Shown here: positions 31,786 through 41,903 of the stretch, piece after piece | Layout of the letters: each line of letters begins with the position of its first letter | Position numbering within the stretch: the first letter of the stretch is position 1 | Assembly (NCBI GenBank): GCA_963842945.1 | Contig: CAWJIM010000019.1 | Span: forward strand, 256,001-320,000 | Direction: 5' to 3' | Length of the DNA: 64,000 bases | Source of the DNA: an uncultured Gemmatimonadales bacterium | Lineage (GTDB): Bacteria > Gemmatimonadota > Gemmatimonadetes > Gemmatimonadales > GWC2-71-9 | Program-made: the position numbers and the translations under genes | Notes under the pieces: generated by a model | The model's database searches: none | What the model saw: only the letters and a program-made list of their open reading frames with translations | What the model was told of the DNA's origin: nothing

Positions 31786-31857
31786 TTCTTCCTAAAATCT
31801 TCCCACGTACAAAAAAGGGCCCCCAGAACGGAGGCCCTAAGTGCTTGTGGTTCACAG
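31786..31857 (-). terminator. tRNA terminator and island arm repeats
   Basis: Minus-strand GGGCCTCC-gttct-GGGGGCCC-TTTTTT; then ttcttcctaaaatcttccca arm pair. Confidence 0.8.
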
Positions 31858-31929
<72 letters not shown>

Positions 31930-32097
31930 GGGAGGCAGGTAAGCTATTCCCCCGTGTAGCTGTCCTCAAGCCGCAAGAATTTCGGGAATCCTGGACTCTT
32001 GCGGAGTCGCCGATTTGGGCGACCATTAGAGCCATCCTGCGAGTCGTTTCGGGAATCGCCCCGCCCTCGCGATCACCGGCTTTTAAGAGGAGGCTTG

Positions 32098-32370
32098 ATG
32101 TTGCAGGGAACTATCCGCGAGGCCCGGCTGCGGCCGGAGTTCGCGTCGCTCTACCCCAGCCTCGAGCCCGGTGTTTGGCTCCCTGCCACCACGGTGGGCC
32201 AGAAGCTGCTGCTCTGGCATCTAGCCACAGCCGCAACTCCCCAAGGGGAACGATTGATGACCGAGGAGCACTTCGAGTTTCGCGGCGGCGGCACCGCCGA
32301 AACCCGCAACGGCGCCCGCACCCGGGCCAGTGACCAGTACCGGATGGAGGACCCGCCCGAGCCCTTCTAA
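32098..32370 (+). CDS. Small unannotated protein (REARLRPE...HFEFRGG family)
   Basis: GAGGAGG RBS; IREARLRPEFASLYPSLEPGVWLPA...EEHFEFRGG; paralog at 13757-13997. Confidence 0.75.
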   Translation: MLQGTIREARLRPEFASLYPSLEPGVWLPATTVGQKLLLWHLATAATPQGERLMTEEHFEFRGGGTAETRNGARTRASDQYRMEDPPEPF

Positions 32371-33938
32371 TTCATCACGGGTCCCCCGAGCTGCACCGGT
32401 GCGTTGAGTGCGGGCTCGGTGGTGGCGTGCAGGTAGGCGTTCGGATCGTGGTACAGCGCGCCCTCCGGCAGGAACTCATACAAAGGCCCGAGCTCCTTCC
32501 GAATCCGCGCCGCGTAGAACTCCGGCAGGGTATCTGATTCCCCTTCGAAGTAGTCCCGCACCGACCGGTCGGTGTCGAGCAGGCGCCGGATAGTCTGGTG
32601 ATAGCGAATCCGGCCAAACCCCTCCGATGAGACCGCCCGAACCACGTTCATCCATTTCGGGATCGCCGTCTGGGTGGCGGGGATGCGGCGGGCAATAGCC
32701 TTCCAGGAGAACGAGTAGCGGGTGACGTCCACCAGATGATCGTAGAACTCCGGCCAGGAGTAATTCTTGGGCCGGACGTTCATGGCGTGGTTGTTGTTCA
32801 GGAAGTGAAACGGAAAGGGCAGAACCCGTCCGGCGCGCTGATACTCCAGATTCATGGGCGCGGCTCGCCCGAAGGCGGAGAGCAACGAATAGGCCGGAAA
32901 CGCGCCGGGCGAGAGGTCGATGAACTTCTTGGTCAGCTCGAACGGCTCCGGCCCCATGTCGCCGTCGAGACCCATGACGAAATTCGTCTGAATGTAGGGG
33001 ATGTAGCGCAGGATCATATTCACGTGCTCAGACACCAGCTTCACCTTGTCCATCCCGGTCCGGCGGGTCTTGGACTTGTTGCCCAGATCGTACCACGACT
33101 CGATGCCCGGCAGGATGGCTCGGAAGCCGTTCTTTTGCAGCCGCTGGAGGTGCTTCTCGTTCAGCAGCGACAGGCTGCTCTCTGCGATGTGCCGGATCCG
33201 CCCCTCGGGCACCGCGGCCTCGACCGCCTCCATGTAGTCGTCGAACCGAACCCCGAAGTTGGGATCGTGCCAGCCGACGATGGGGTTCTTGATCTTGGTC
33301 AGCAGAAACTTGAGGTCATCCCGCAGCCGGTCGAAGCCGAGCGGCTGATAATCGACCGTCGAATCGATGCAGAAGCTGCAGGTGTAAGGGCATCCGAGGC
33401 TGCCGATCATCGGCACCATCTTGATGGTCGGCGCCTTTTTCAGCGTGGCCTCCACGAACTTCCATCGCTCTTCCAGCGCCGGCAGCTCCAGCGGCTGCCG
33501 GGCCGCCGCCACGTGCCGCCCAACCGGCCGATGCGGGGCGCACTCGCGGCAGATCTCGGCAATGGTGGCCCGATCGGTGAAGCCGAGCACGTAGTCAGAG
33601 TACTTGCTGGCATCCTCCGGGTAACAGCGGGCATGGGGACCACCCAGAACGGTGACCGCGCCACGCTTCTGGAAGAAATTGCTCAGCGCATACGCCAGCT
33701 GAGCTGACTGGCTAAAGGCGCCTATGAAGACGAGATCGACTGCGGAAGGCAGCTCCTCCAGCAGGTCCTCCACCCCGGTGTAACACACCACCTGGACCTG
33801 GTGCCCCTCCTGCTCACACCAGACCCCGACGACTTGAGGCATGATGCTGGCCAGGTTGGCGTTCATAACCCGGCCGTACAGCGAAGGATTGGGACTTTTG
33901 GTAACGAGATCGAGAATGCCGATTTGAAGTCGGCGCAT
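32367..33938 (-). CDS. B12-binding-domain radical SAM protein
   Basis: VLGGPHA in N-terminal domain; SLGCPYTCSFC CxxxCxxC; DPNF; GIES. Confidence 0.88.
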   Translation of the reverse strand: MRRLQIGILDLVTKSPNPSLYGRVMNANLASIMPQVVGVWCEQEGHQVQVVCYTGVEDLLEELPSAVDLVFIGAFSQSAQLAYALSNFFQKRGAVTVLGGPHARCYPEDASKYSDYVLGFTDRATIAEICRECAPHRPVGRHVAAARQPLELPALEERWKFVEATLKKAPTIKMVPMIGSLGCPYTCSFCIDSTVDYQPLGFDRLRDDLKFLLTKIKNPIVGWHDPNFGVRFDDYMEAVEAAVPEGRIRHIAESSLSLLNEKHLQRLQKNGFRAILPGIESWYDLGNKSKTRRTGMDKVKLVSEHVNMILRYIPYIQTNFVMGLDGDMGPEPFELTKKFIDLSPGAFPAYSLLSAFGRAAPMNLEYQRAGRVLPFPFHFLNNNHAMNVRPKNYSWPEFYDHLVDVTRYSFSWKAIARRIPATQTAIPKWMNVVRAVSSEGFGRIRYHQTIRRLLDTDRSVRDYFEGESDTLPEFYAARIRKELGPLYEFLPEGALYHDPNAYLHATTEPALNAPVQLGGPVMN

Positions 33939-34053
33939 GGGCAGTCCTCATACGGGACGGCCTTTTCCCTGGGAGGCCCTGGTACGTGGGCGCCCGAACC
34001 GAGCGGAAGGACCGAAAAAAGGAACAGCTGCGGGAACGTGTAGGCAAAACTGA

Positions 34054-34995
34054 CTATTTCTGGCGGTTGGAAGATGGTGGAGGGGCCTGTGGATAGCAAG
34101 CTGAAGTTTCCGCGGGGACACACACGCGGAGCGCCGCAGGCCGGACCCGATACTCCAGCGGAGAGGCCAAAGTGACCACCTCGCCGTCCAGCGCCACCTG
34201 GAGCCGCGGCCGGCGGGTCTCGATGGTAGCCTCTTCCACCGTCAGCAGATCCAGCTCCTTCACCTTATCCACCCCTTGTCGAAGCACTTGCCAGGCCAGT
34301 CGCAGCAACCCGATCCGCCGGTCGGCGTTGAGCAGGTACACGGCTATATGCTTTCCAACCAGCGCCTCCCGGGAGCCGGCCTGCAGGCCCTCCATGCGGT
34401 ACTCATTGTTCCCAATGAAGACGAAGGGGGTGCGTCTGACGGTCGACTGGCCATCCACGATGATCCGGACCGCCAGAAATGGGTTCCGCCTGAGCACCAC
34501 CAGGCTGGCCCACAGGGCGGCAACCCACTTCCCCATTCCGGTCGCCTGGTAGCGTTCGCGGAGACGGACGATGGCCGGATAAACCCCCAGGCTCGAGTTG
34601 TTGACGAAAACGCGCCCGTTCACTTCACCGACATCCACCCGACACTCGGTTCCCTCGAGCACTACCCGGGCGGCATCCTCCAGCTCGAGCGGAATTCCCA
34701 GATCCTTGGCAAAATGGTTGAGGGTGCCGAGGGGCAGGACCCCGAGCGGGACATCGCGGTCCACCAGCACCGACGCCGCGGTATTGATGGTGCCGTCGCC
34801 ACCACCCGCCACCAGCACCTCGCATCCGTCCCCAACCGCGCTCTCGATGAAGCTGCGGATCTGGTCGCCACCTCGGGCGACTTTGACTCTTGCCTCCCGC
34901 CCGGCCTCGGCAAAGATCTCCTCGAGCTGCTTGGCCTGGGCCGCGCAATCCCCGGTGCCGGAGGAGTCGTTGAGCACCACGGCAATCCAACCCAT
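34054..34995 (-). CDS. Diacylglycerol kinase family lipid kinase
   Basis: GGGDGTIN, LPLGTLNHFAKDLG, VDVGEVNG, NNSSLG, LDGE. Confidence 0.9.
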   Translation of the reverse strand: MGWIAVVLNDSSGTGDCAAQAKQLEEIFAEAGREARVKVARGGDQIRSFIESAVGDGCEVLVAGGGDGTINTAASVLVDRDVPLGVLPLGTLNHFAKDLGIPLELEDAARVVLEGTECRVDVGEVNGRVFVNNSSLGVYPAIVRLRERYQATGMGKWVAALWASLVVLRRNPFLAVRIIVDGQSTVRRTPFVFIGNNEYRMEGLQAGSREALVGKHIAVYLLNADRRIGLLRLAWQVLRQGVDKVKELDLLTVEEATIETRRPRLQVALDGEVVTLASPLEYRVRPAALRVCVPAETSACYPQAPPPSSNRQK

Positions 34996-35685
34996 CAGGC
35001 GGACATTCGCCGGTGCTTGCGCCGGGCGGCGATTCGGTCGCCCAACGGCGACGGCCGTCACCCAGACCACCGCCACCGCATAGCCGGCAAATACGTCACT
35101 GGGATAGTGCACCCCGAGGTACACGCGGGAGAAGCCGATGAGCAGGATGAGGGCCAGCGCCAGAACCCAAAGTCCGATCTTGAGAGCCAGGCTCCGGACG
35201 CGGGACGTGGCCAGCACGGTCAGGCCTCCCAGGAAGCTTGCGGCGAAAAAAGCATGGCCACTGGGGAAACTGGCCGAAGCGGGCAGCGGGTAATCGAAGA
35301 ACGGAGCCGGCCGGGTGCGGGCGAAGCCCTGCTTGAGCAGGACGTTGAGCAAACCCGCGCCGGCCAGCGTGATCACCACCAGAAGAGCCCCGCGGTGCCA
35401 GCCATGAATCAGAAACGCGAGAGCCAGGCAGAGCCCGAGCGGGACCAGCCAGGACGGTCCGCCATACAGACTCGCCGCAATCATGATGGCGGTGATCCGA
35501 GGCGACGTGTGAGAATGAATCGTCCGGCGAAAGCCTTCGTCCACCGCCGGGGTGGCTCCGGCTACGATCTCCCGTCCCAGCCAGGAGAAGAGCAGCAACG
35601 CCATGGCAGCGGCAATCAGCCCGGCGATCAGGGTTGCGGTCAGAAGCCGCTGCGATTCCTCCGAAGTGTTAGTTTGCGTCTTCAT
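34995..35685 (-). CDS. PAP2 family phosphatase (apparent fusion to DAGK likely a 1-nt indel)
   Basis: KQGFARTRP, SFPSGH, SRVYLGVHYPSDV. Confidence 0.88.
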
Positions 35686-35732
35686 CCTTCGTCGGTGGAG
35701 TAACCCGCCGTTCCACGGGCAGGAGCGTCTCC

Positions 35733-35858
35733 ATGCAGGTCATGAGTTTCATCGGGCAGGGCCGACGCGGCATAACCGTCCTCGCGCTGCTCCTCATCAT
35801 CATTGCCGTGATCGTCGCGGCGATTTTCCTGCTCCGCTACCTCCGCCAGCCGGCATGA
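35733..35858 (+). CDS. 41-aa membrane peptide with prepilin-like N-terminus
   Basis: AGGAG RBS; MQVMSFIGQGRRG|ITVLALLLIIIAVIVAAIFLLRYLRQPA; below ORF-track cutoff. Confidence 0.6.
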   Translation: MQVMSFIGQGRRGITVLALLLIIIAVIVAAIFLLRYLRQPA

Positions 35859-36331
35859 GACGTTTGATCAGCTGAATCTGTCCGGTGTGATAGAGATCGT
35901 GGGCCGCCACGCCATGGATCTCCTCCGCCGCGGTCCAGACTCCGCGGGGTGAGCGGACGGTCAGGGCGGCGGGACTCAGCCCGGCGACGAGCTCCCGGAG
36001 CTTGCGGTGCTCACTCTCCAGGAAGCTGACGTCTCGTTTCCATGCGCTGCTATCGGCCGGCTGCGGAATGTCCGGCCAGTTGCTCGGCCTGCGCTCGAAG
36101 GAGCCCGACCGAATCCCCCGCCAGACGCCGCCGCACGATGTACTTCCAATAGGCGGCGTGGAGCGTCAGCTCCCAGATGTTGTGCCGGTTGGGTCCGGGC
36201 CTCCACAACGCCTCTTCGGCAGTGAGCCCTCTGAGAGAGCCGCGCAGGGTGGTTCCGTGCCAGCTCTTCTGGTCATAGGCCTGATCCATCACCCGCAGCA
36301 GCAGTGCGACCAGCGGATGTGAGGTCCTCAA
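35800..36331 (-). CDS. DinB family protein, frameshifted
   Basis: SWHG, HNIWELTLHAAYWK, HDLYHTGQIQLIKR. Confidence 0.8.
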
Positions 36332-37932
36332 TTCAGACCTCGGGTCGGCGCGCCGAATGCGAATCCCTTGCCTATCGTGATCACCCATCCCGCCTGGTCC
36401 ACGTCATTGGCAAACCGGTGCGCCAGGTCGAAGCGCAACGCCGGCACATCGGTTGATCGACTGGCTCCCAGTCTGAGACCAATGCCCGCGTCCCATCCGG
36501 TTCTGCGGGGCGACCCCGAGTACCAGGCGCCTCCGTAATCCACGAAGCCTGCCAGGCCGAGCCCGGCCAGACCCCAAAGATCATCCACCATGGTGTACCG
36601 GTATTCGGCGGTGCCGAAGAACGACCGGTCCCCGGTAAAGGAATGACTTCCAAAGGCCCGCGGCCCGCTGCCGAGTCCCAGATCGAACTCCTCGCCGGGG
36701 ACCGGATCCTTCAACCACCCGCCTTCGAGGTGGAACACCGCGACGTGGCGAGGCGCGGGTTGCAATACCACGGTGCCGCCGATCTGCACCGTCCCCGAAT
36801 CGAGCCCCACCGAGGTGAAGAGCCCATCGGCAAAGCCATCGAGGTAGCCGAACCCACCAGGAATTCGGCTGCCTACCCGGGCGCTCACTTCCGGACCGAG
36901 CCCATCTTGCTCATACCCGAACAGCCCGGGCGCAACCAGAAGCCCGACCCGGACGGTGGTCCCCAGGTCAACGTCCTCTTCCCGGGCAAAGCCGGCAAAG
37001 CCCTGGGCCACGAGAAACCTCGATCGATTCCAGACCACATAGGATCCGACCGTACCGGTGACGGTTTTGGGGATTGGGTCCGCTGACGATTCCTCGATGC
37101 TGTCGTCTCGCCGAATCTGTCCGGTCAGCCCGAGCCGGAGGTATCCGGTGGTGGCTGCCCGCAGGGCCCAGGCATACGAGGCTCGCGCGAGGGCGAACCG
37201 ACGGCTGAGCGTGTCTCTTGCCAGATCCTCGCCCTCGAAGAACCGGAGCACCCGTGCTTCCTCGTCCACTGCGCTGAGCCGGAACGAGTTAGCCGAGGTG
37301 GTCGAGAAAAAGGGGCGGTCGATCCCAATCCCGGTGAGCCGCCCATCCGACCGGTTCTCGTAGCCCAACTCGAGGCCCACGGTGCCGGCAAAAAGACGGC
37401 GGCGGCGGAAGCCGAGCGCGAAGCTGGAACGGTCGGGATCGTGCCGGTAGCGGATGGCCGCACTGGAAGCAGTCCCGAGAAGATTGGTTTCGATCAAGCC
37501 CAGGGTAAATGCGACCTCTCCTCCCGTGCTCCTGAACCGCCAATCCAGCTGGGTGCTCCAGCCATCTTTGGTGAGGACCTGAACTACCAGGCCTGAGTCG
37601 GTGCGGACCGAATCGATCTGCACCCGACGGAAGATGCCCAGCGCCCGCAGATTCCGCTCGGACTCGGCCACCAGAGCGGAGTCGTACAACTGCCCTGGCC
37701 GCAGGAGCACCTCCCGCCGGATCACCGGCGCCCGGGTCTGGAAGTGAAGCCGGTTGCCCATTCGGGCCAGCCAACTCTGCTCGTTGGGATCGAAAATATC
37801 CCGCCGAATCAGCTGCACCCGGCGGATCACCAGCGTGGAGTCGACCGACGCGGCTGAATCGGCTTTGCTTTGGGCGGCAAGACTGAGCGGGCAGAGAAGC
37901 ACCGCGACCGGCAGAAGGTGCCGAAGGGGCAA
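36328..37932 (-). CDS. POTRA + Omp85/surface-antigen-like outer-membrane protein
   Basis: Signal peptide; VIRREVLLRPGQ...ESERNLRALGIF; FVDYGGAW, DAGIGLRLG, RFDLAH. Confidence 0.8.
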   Translation of the reverse strand: MPLRHLLPVAVLLCPLSLAAQSKADSAASVDSTLVIRRVQLIRRDIFDPNEQSWLARMGNRLHFQTRAPVIRREVLLRPGQLYDSALVAESERNLRALGIFRRVQIDSVRTDSGLVVQVLTKDGWSTQLDWRFRSTGGEVAFTLGLIETNLLGTASSAAIRYRHDPDRSSFALGFRRRRLFAGTVGLELGYENRSDGRLTGIGIDRPFFSTTSANSFRLSAVDEEARVLRFFEGEDLARDTLSRRFALARASYAWALRAATTGYLRLGLTGQIRRDDSIEESSADPIPKTVTGTVGSYVVWNRSRFLVAQGFAGFAREEDVDLGTTVRVGLLVAPGLFGYEQDGLGPEVSARVGSRIPGGFGYLDGFADGLFTSVGLDSGTVQIGGTVVLQPAPRHVAVFHLEGGWLKDPVPGEEFDLGLGSGPRAFGSHSFTGDRSFFGTAEYRYTMVDDLWGLAGLGLAGFVDYGGAWYSGSPRRTGWDAGIGLRLGASRSTDVPALRFDLAHRFANDVDQAGWVITIGKGFAFGAPTRGLN

Positions 37933-37983
37933 CAGAACTCCAGGTGAAAACGCCGGCAGGCCGAGCCGGAAGATAAGGGGTTG

Positions 37984-38772
37984 CTACTCCACCGCAGCTA
38001 CACTGCCGATGATGCGGTCGGGTTGGACACCGCTCTCCAGGAGCAGGGACTCCCTGAACTTGCCGGTGCGGACCAGCCATCCCTGAAGCCCGGCTCGCTG
38101 CGCACCGGCTACATCGGACCAGAGATCGTCCCCAACCATTGCGGCCGCACGGGAGGGCCCGAGGCCCAAACTCCCCAGCGCAGCCACATAGAACCCCGAG
38201 CTTGGCTTCCCGGCCACGGTAAACTCTCTTCCGGTGGCAAACTCGAGTGCGGCGACAAAGGGCCCCGCGTCGAGAGTCAGACGCTGGTCCTTGAGCCAGT
38301 AGCGGTCCCGGGAGAGCGCAATCGCGGCGGCACCCGCCATGATGTACTCGAATGCCTCCTGAAGAAGGTCGAAGGTCCAGCGCTCGGCCATGTCGCCCAG
38401 CAGGACCGCATCCGGGGGGCTGGCGCTCCGGCGCCGCGACGTGCCTCCGACCAGCTCAATGCCCTTCAGGTCCTCCAAGGCCGGCTCCGGGATGAACGGG
38501 GCGACCCTGGAGAAGTCGGCCGCACGGGCGATCTCCGCACCCGCCAGGGTGGCGGTAAAGACTTCCGGCTCCGAGACATCTATGCCGTAACCAGCCATCC
38601 GTCCAACGATTCCAGCCCGGGACCGACTGGTGGTATTGGTTACCAGGCGAAAAGGGGTCTGGTGTTTCCGCAACCGCCGCAGGGTCTCGGCTGCGCCGGG
38701 TATAGCCGCACCTCCGGCGTACAGAGTGCCATCCAGGTCCAGCAGATAGGCCCGCGGTGTTTCTGGGGTCAC
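37984..38772 (-). CDS. HAD-IIA hydrolase (LHPP/HDHD2-like)
   Basis: DLDGTL, VTNTT, GKPS, MVGDDLWSDVAGA, VRTGKF. Confidence 0.92.
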   Translation of the reverse strand: MTPETPRAYLLDLDGTLYAGGAAIPGAAETLRRLRKHQTPFRLVTNTTSRSRAGIVGRMAGYGIDVSEPEVFTATLAGAEIARAADFSRVAPFIPEPALEDLKGIELVGGTSRRRSASPPDAVLLGDMAERWTFDLLQEAFEYIMAGAAAIALSRDRYWLKDQRLTLDAGPFVAALEFATGREFTVAGKPSSGFYVAALGSLGLGPSRAAAMVGDDLWSDVAGAQRAGLQGWLVRTGKFRESLLLESGVQPDRIIGSVAAVE

Positions 38773-38806
38773 ATTTCCAGCCAGAAGACCTCCTTATATT
38801 CCCAGA

Positions 38807-39511
38807 ATGATCCCCGTACCCCAGCTCCTGGCCCAGGCCGCGCTACTTACCCGGTTGGCCGCCCCCGCCCCATCCCCATACCCCTTCACTGTGGGGGAAA
38901 CCCTCCGCTACGAGGCGAAGTTAGGCTACTTCTCCGTGGGGGTGGCATCGGTCTCAGTGGCTCGTATGGTGAAGGAACGCGGCGCCGATGCATTCGAGTT
39001 CACGGCATCGGGCGAGGGCGGGCCTCCCGGGTGGAGGGTTGCCTACGACCTGACCTCGCACGTGGGGGCGGCAGAGTTTCATTCACTCCGGTTCCACCGC
39101 CGCCTGGTGCAAGCCGGCAAGGTGGACGAGCACGGGTACATCATTATTCCCGACTCGGCCCGGTATCGGGAGGAGGGGGTTCCGGGAGAGTGGATGGCGC
39201 CAGCCGAGCCGCTCGATGAGCTGGCCTTCCTCTACTTTCTCCGGGCCGCTCCGCTCAAGGTCGGCAAGAGCTACAGCCTGCAACGCTATTTCAAGACCGG
39301 GTACAATCCGATACAGGTGCGGGTCACCGGTCGGGAGGCTGTTGCGATGGCCGATGGCAGCAGCGCGAACTGTCTGGCGGTAGAGGTGACATCGCGGGGT
39401 CAGACGATGCGGGCCTGGTTCACCGACGACCAGCGACGCCTCCCAGCTCAGCTGGAGCTGCCTTTGCCATTTGGAAGTGTGACGCTTTCGTTAGTGGGGC
39501 AGCAGGGCTGA
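38807..39511 (+). CDS. DUF3108 family protein
   Basis: PFTVGETLRY, PLDELAFLYFLR, WFTDDQRRLP. Confidence 0.75.
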   Translation: MIPVPQLLAQAALLTRLAAPAPSPYPFTVGETLRYEAKLGYFSVGVASVSVARMVKERGADAFEFTASGEGGPPGWRVAYDLTSHVGAAEFHSLRFHRRLVQAGKVDEHGYIIIPDSARYREEGVPGEWMAPAEPLDELAFLYFLRAAPLKVGKSYSLQRYFKTGYNPIQVRVTGREAVAMADGSSANCLAVEVTSRGQTMRAWFTDDQRRLPAQLELPLPFGSVTLSLVGQQG

Positions 39512-40913
39512 TCAGTACCTTCCCAGATAGTTGTCGATCTCCCACTTGCTCACCTGCAGGTTGTACTGCTGAACTTCCTCGCGTTTGGCTTCCAGGAAAC
39601 GTTCGGTCAGATGGTCGCCTAGAGCGGCCTTGATAACGTCGTCCTTCTCGAACAGTTCCAGCGCCTCGTGCAGGTCACGGGGCAGCTCATCGATCCGGTA
39701 CTTTCGCCGGTCGCGATGGCTCATGGTGAAAATGTTCCGGCTGACCGGCTCCCGCGCTTCCAGCTCCCGCTCGATGCCGTCGAGACCCGCAGCCAGCTGG
39801 ACCGTGAGTGCCAGATAAGGATTGCAGGACGGGTCCGGCATCCGGAGCTCGCAGCGGGTGCCCAATCCCCGCCGGTCCGGTATGCGCACCAAGGGCGAGC
39901 GGTTGCGCATGGACCACGCCACGTTGACCGGAGCCTCGTAGCCCGGCACCAGCCGCTTGTAGCTGTTGATCAGCGGGTTGGTCACCGCGCAGAACCCGCG
40001 CGCGTGCTGCAGCAGTCCCTCGATGTAGCTCAGGGCGGTGGAGGAGAGCTGATACTCTGCCTTGGGATCGAAGAACGCGTTCTCCCGGCCCCGAAAGAGC
40101 GACTGGTGGGTGTGCATGCCGCTCCCGTTGATGCCTTCGATGGGCTTGGGCATGAACGACGCGATGTAGCCGAAGCGGCTCGCGACGTTGCGGACGACGA
40201 ACTTGAAGGTGGTGAGATTGTCGGCCGTGGTGAGCGCGTCGGCGTACCGGAAATCGATCTCATGCTGGCCGGTCGCCACTTCGTGATGGGCAGCCTCCAC
40301 CTCGAAGCCCATTTCGACCAGCTGCTCCACAATGACTCGCCGAATCTCCTCGCCCCGGTCGAGCGGACCCAGGTCGAAATAGGCCGCAGAATCGTGAGTG
40401 ATTGTGGTAGGGCGATCCGTCCGGCGCCTTCTCGAACATGAAGAACTCGGCTTCGCAGCCGGCCATCATGGCAAAGCCGAGCTTCCCCGCCCGTTCAACC
40501 TGACGCTTGAGGGTGGTTCGGGGGCAGCCGGCAAAGGGCTCCTCATCCGGGGTGAAGATGTCGCAGAGTAACCGGGCCACCCGGCCGCCCTCATCATCGT
40601 AGGGGAGAATGCGAAGGGTGTGGAGGTCCGGCTTGAGCAGCATGTCGGATTCTTCGATCCTGACGAACCCCTCGATCGAGGATCCGTCGAACATGATCTC
40701 GCCGTCGAGGGCCTTCTCGAACTGACTGCGGGGGACCTCCACGTTCTTGTTCACGCCCAGGATATCGGTGAATTGCAGCCGCAGAAAATCCACGCCGAAG
40801 CGCTGGGTCAGCTTGAGGACGTCATCCTTTCCGGCGCCGCTCAAGTCGCGCGGAAAGCCTTCGAGGGTAGGACGCGCGGTGGCAGTCGGCTGTCGCTGCG
40901 GTCGCTCGGGCAT
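39512..40913 (-). CDS. glnA: Glutamine synthetase type I, frameshifted
   Basis: QFTDILG, FDGSSIEGF, HHEVATGQHEI, FMPKP, NGSGMH, SYKRLVPGYEAP, NRSP, ELRMPD. Confidence 0.96.
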
Positions 40914-40927
40914 CGTCAACAAACAGC

Positions 40928-41065
40928 GTGAAAGGTGGAACAGTGAAGGGTGAACCGGGAAAGGTAAGCGGTAACCGGTAAGCGGTAAGCGGACGCTCAC
41001 CTTACCTCCCGCTCACCGCTCACGCCTTCCCATTCCCGCCTTACCGCCTTACCGCCTTACCGATT
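40928..41065. repeat. Heptamer tandem repeats (GGTAAGC / GCCTTAC) in inverted orientation
   Basis: ggtaagcggtaaccggtaagcggtaagcgg at 40963-40992; gccttaccgccttaccgccttaccg at ~41038-41062. Confidence 0.8.
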
Positions 41066-41076
41066 ACGCTTCGGGC

Positions 41077-41832
41077 ATGACCTGTCCTTCATGCGGCACA
41101 GCCGGCAGCGGAAACTTCTGCAGCTCGTGCGGAGCCAGTCTCACGCCCCGAGCCTGCGCCGCCTGCCGCGCCGAGCTGTCGCCCCAGGCTCGTTTCTGCC
41201 ATCGGTGTGGGCAGCCGGTGAGCGGCAGCGCTCCTTCCATTCCCCCGTCCGAGCGCCGGGCGTGGATGGTTGCCGGAGCGCTCTGCCTGCTGCTGGTGGG
41301 CGGCATCGTGTACAAGGTGTCGAGCGCATCGCCCCAGCCGGTGGCCCCCGATATGGCCAATGCGGGAGCGAGCGGCCCAGGCCGGGCCCCGGACATCAGC
41401 AGCCTGAGTCCGCGCGAGCGATTCGACCGGCTGTTCAACCGGATCATGCAGGCGGCCGAGCGGGGCGACTCGGTCCAGGTGGCCCAGTTTACGCCGATGG
41501 CCCTGGGGGCGTACGAGCAGCTCGATACCCGCGACGTCGACGCCCGATACCACGCGGCGGTCATTCATCTCCAGACCGGGCAGATGCCCGCCGCCGCGGC
41601 CCTGGCCGACACCATCCTGGCCGAATCTCCCGGCCATCTATTCGGATATGTCATCCGGGGCACGGCCGCCCGTATCCAGGGTAATCGTGCCGCGGAGGCT
41701 CGTGCCCAGCGCGAGTTCCTGGCTCACTATCAGAGCGAAATAGACAAGAAGCGGGTGGAATATCTCGAACACGGGCCGGTCCTCGACGAGTTCAAGGCGG
41801 AGGCCCAAACAGGAGTGAACAGTAAACGGTGA
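41077..41832 (+). CDS. Double zinc ribbon membrane protein with helical C-terminal domain
   Basis: CPSCG, FCSSCG, CAAC, FCHRCG; TM segment. Confidence 0.8.
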   Translation: MTCPSCGTAGSGNFCSSCGASLTPRACAACRAELSPQARFCHRCGQPVSGSAPSIPPSERRAWMVAGALCLLLVGGIVYKVSSASPQPVAPDMANAGASGPGRAPDISSLSPRERFDRLFNRIMQAAERGDSVQVAQFTPMALGAYEQLDTRDVDARYHAAVIHLQTGQMPAAAALADTILAESPGHLFGYVIRGTAARIQGNRAAEARAQREFLAHYQSEIDKKRVEYLEHGPVLDEFKAEAQTGVNSKR

Positions 41833-41884
41833 AGGGTGAACGGGAGTCTTAAGTCCCCGTTCGACAGTTTTACCGTTCACCGTC
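41815..41884. repeat. Heptamer (GTGAACG-like) inverted repeats
   Basis: gtgaacagtaaacggtgaagggtgaacggg ... cccgttc...ttaccgttcaccgt. Confidence 0.6.
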
Positions 41885-41903
41885 TACGCCATCTCGGAGC
41901 ACC

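Noticed and set aside
34054..35685. Apparent 543-aa PAP2 phosphatase-DAG kinase fusion
   Set aside because: Removing one G from a GGG run near 35041 ends PAP2 at a TGA overlapping the kinase ATG (TGATG coupling), so the fusion is probably an artefact.
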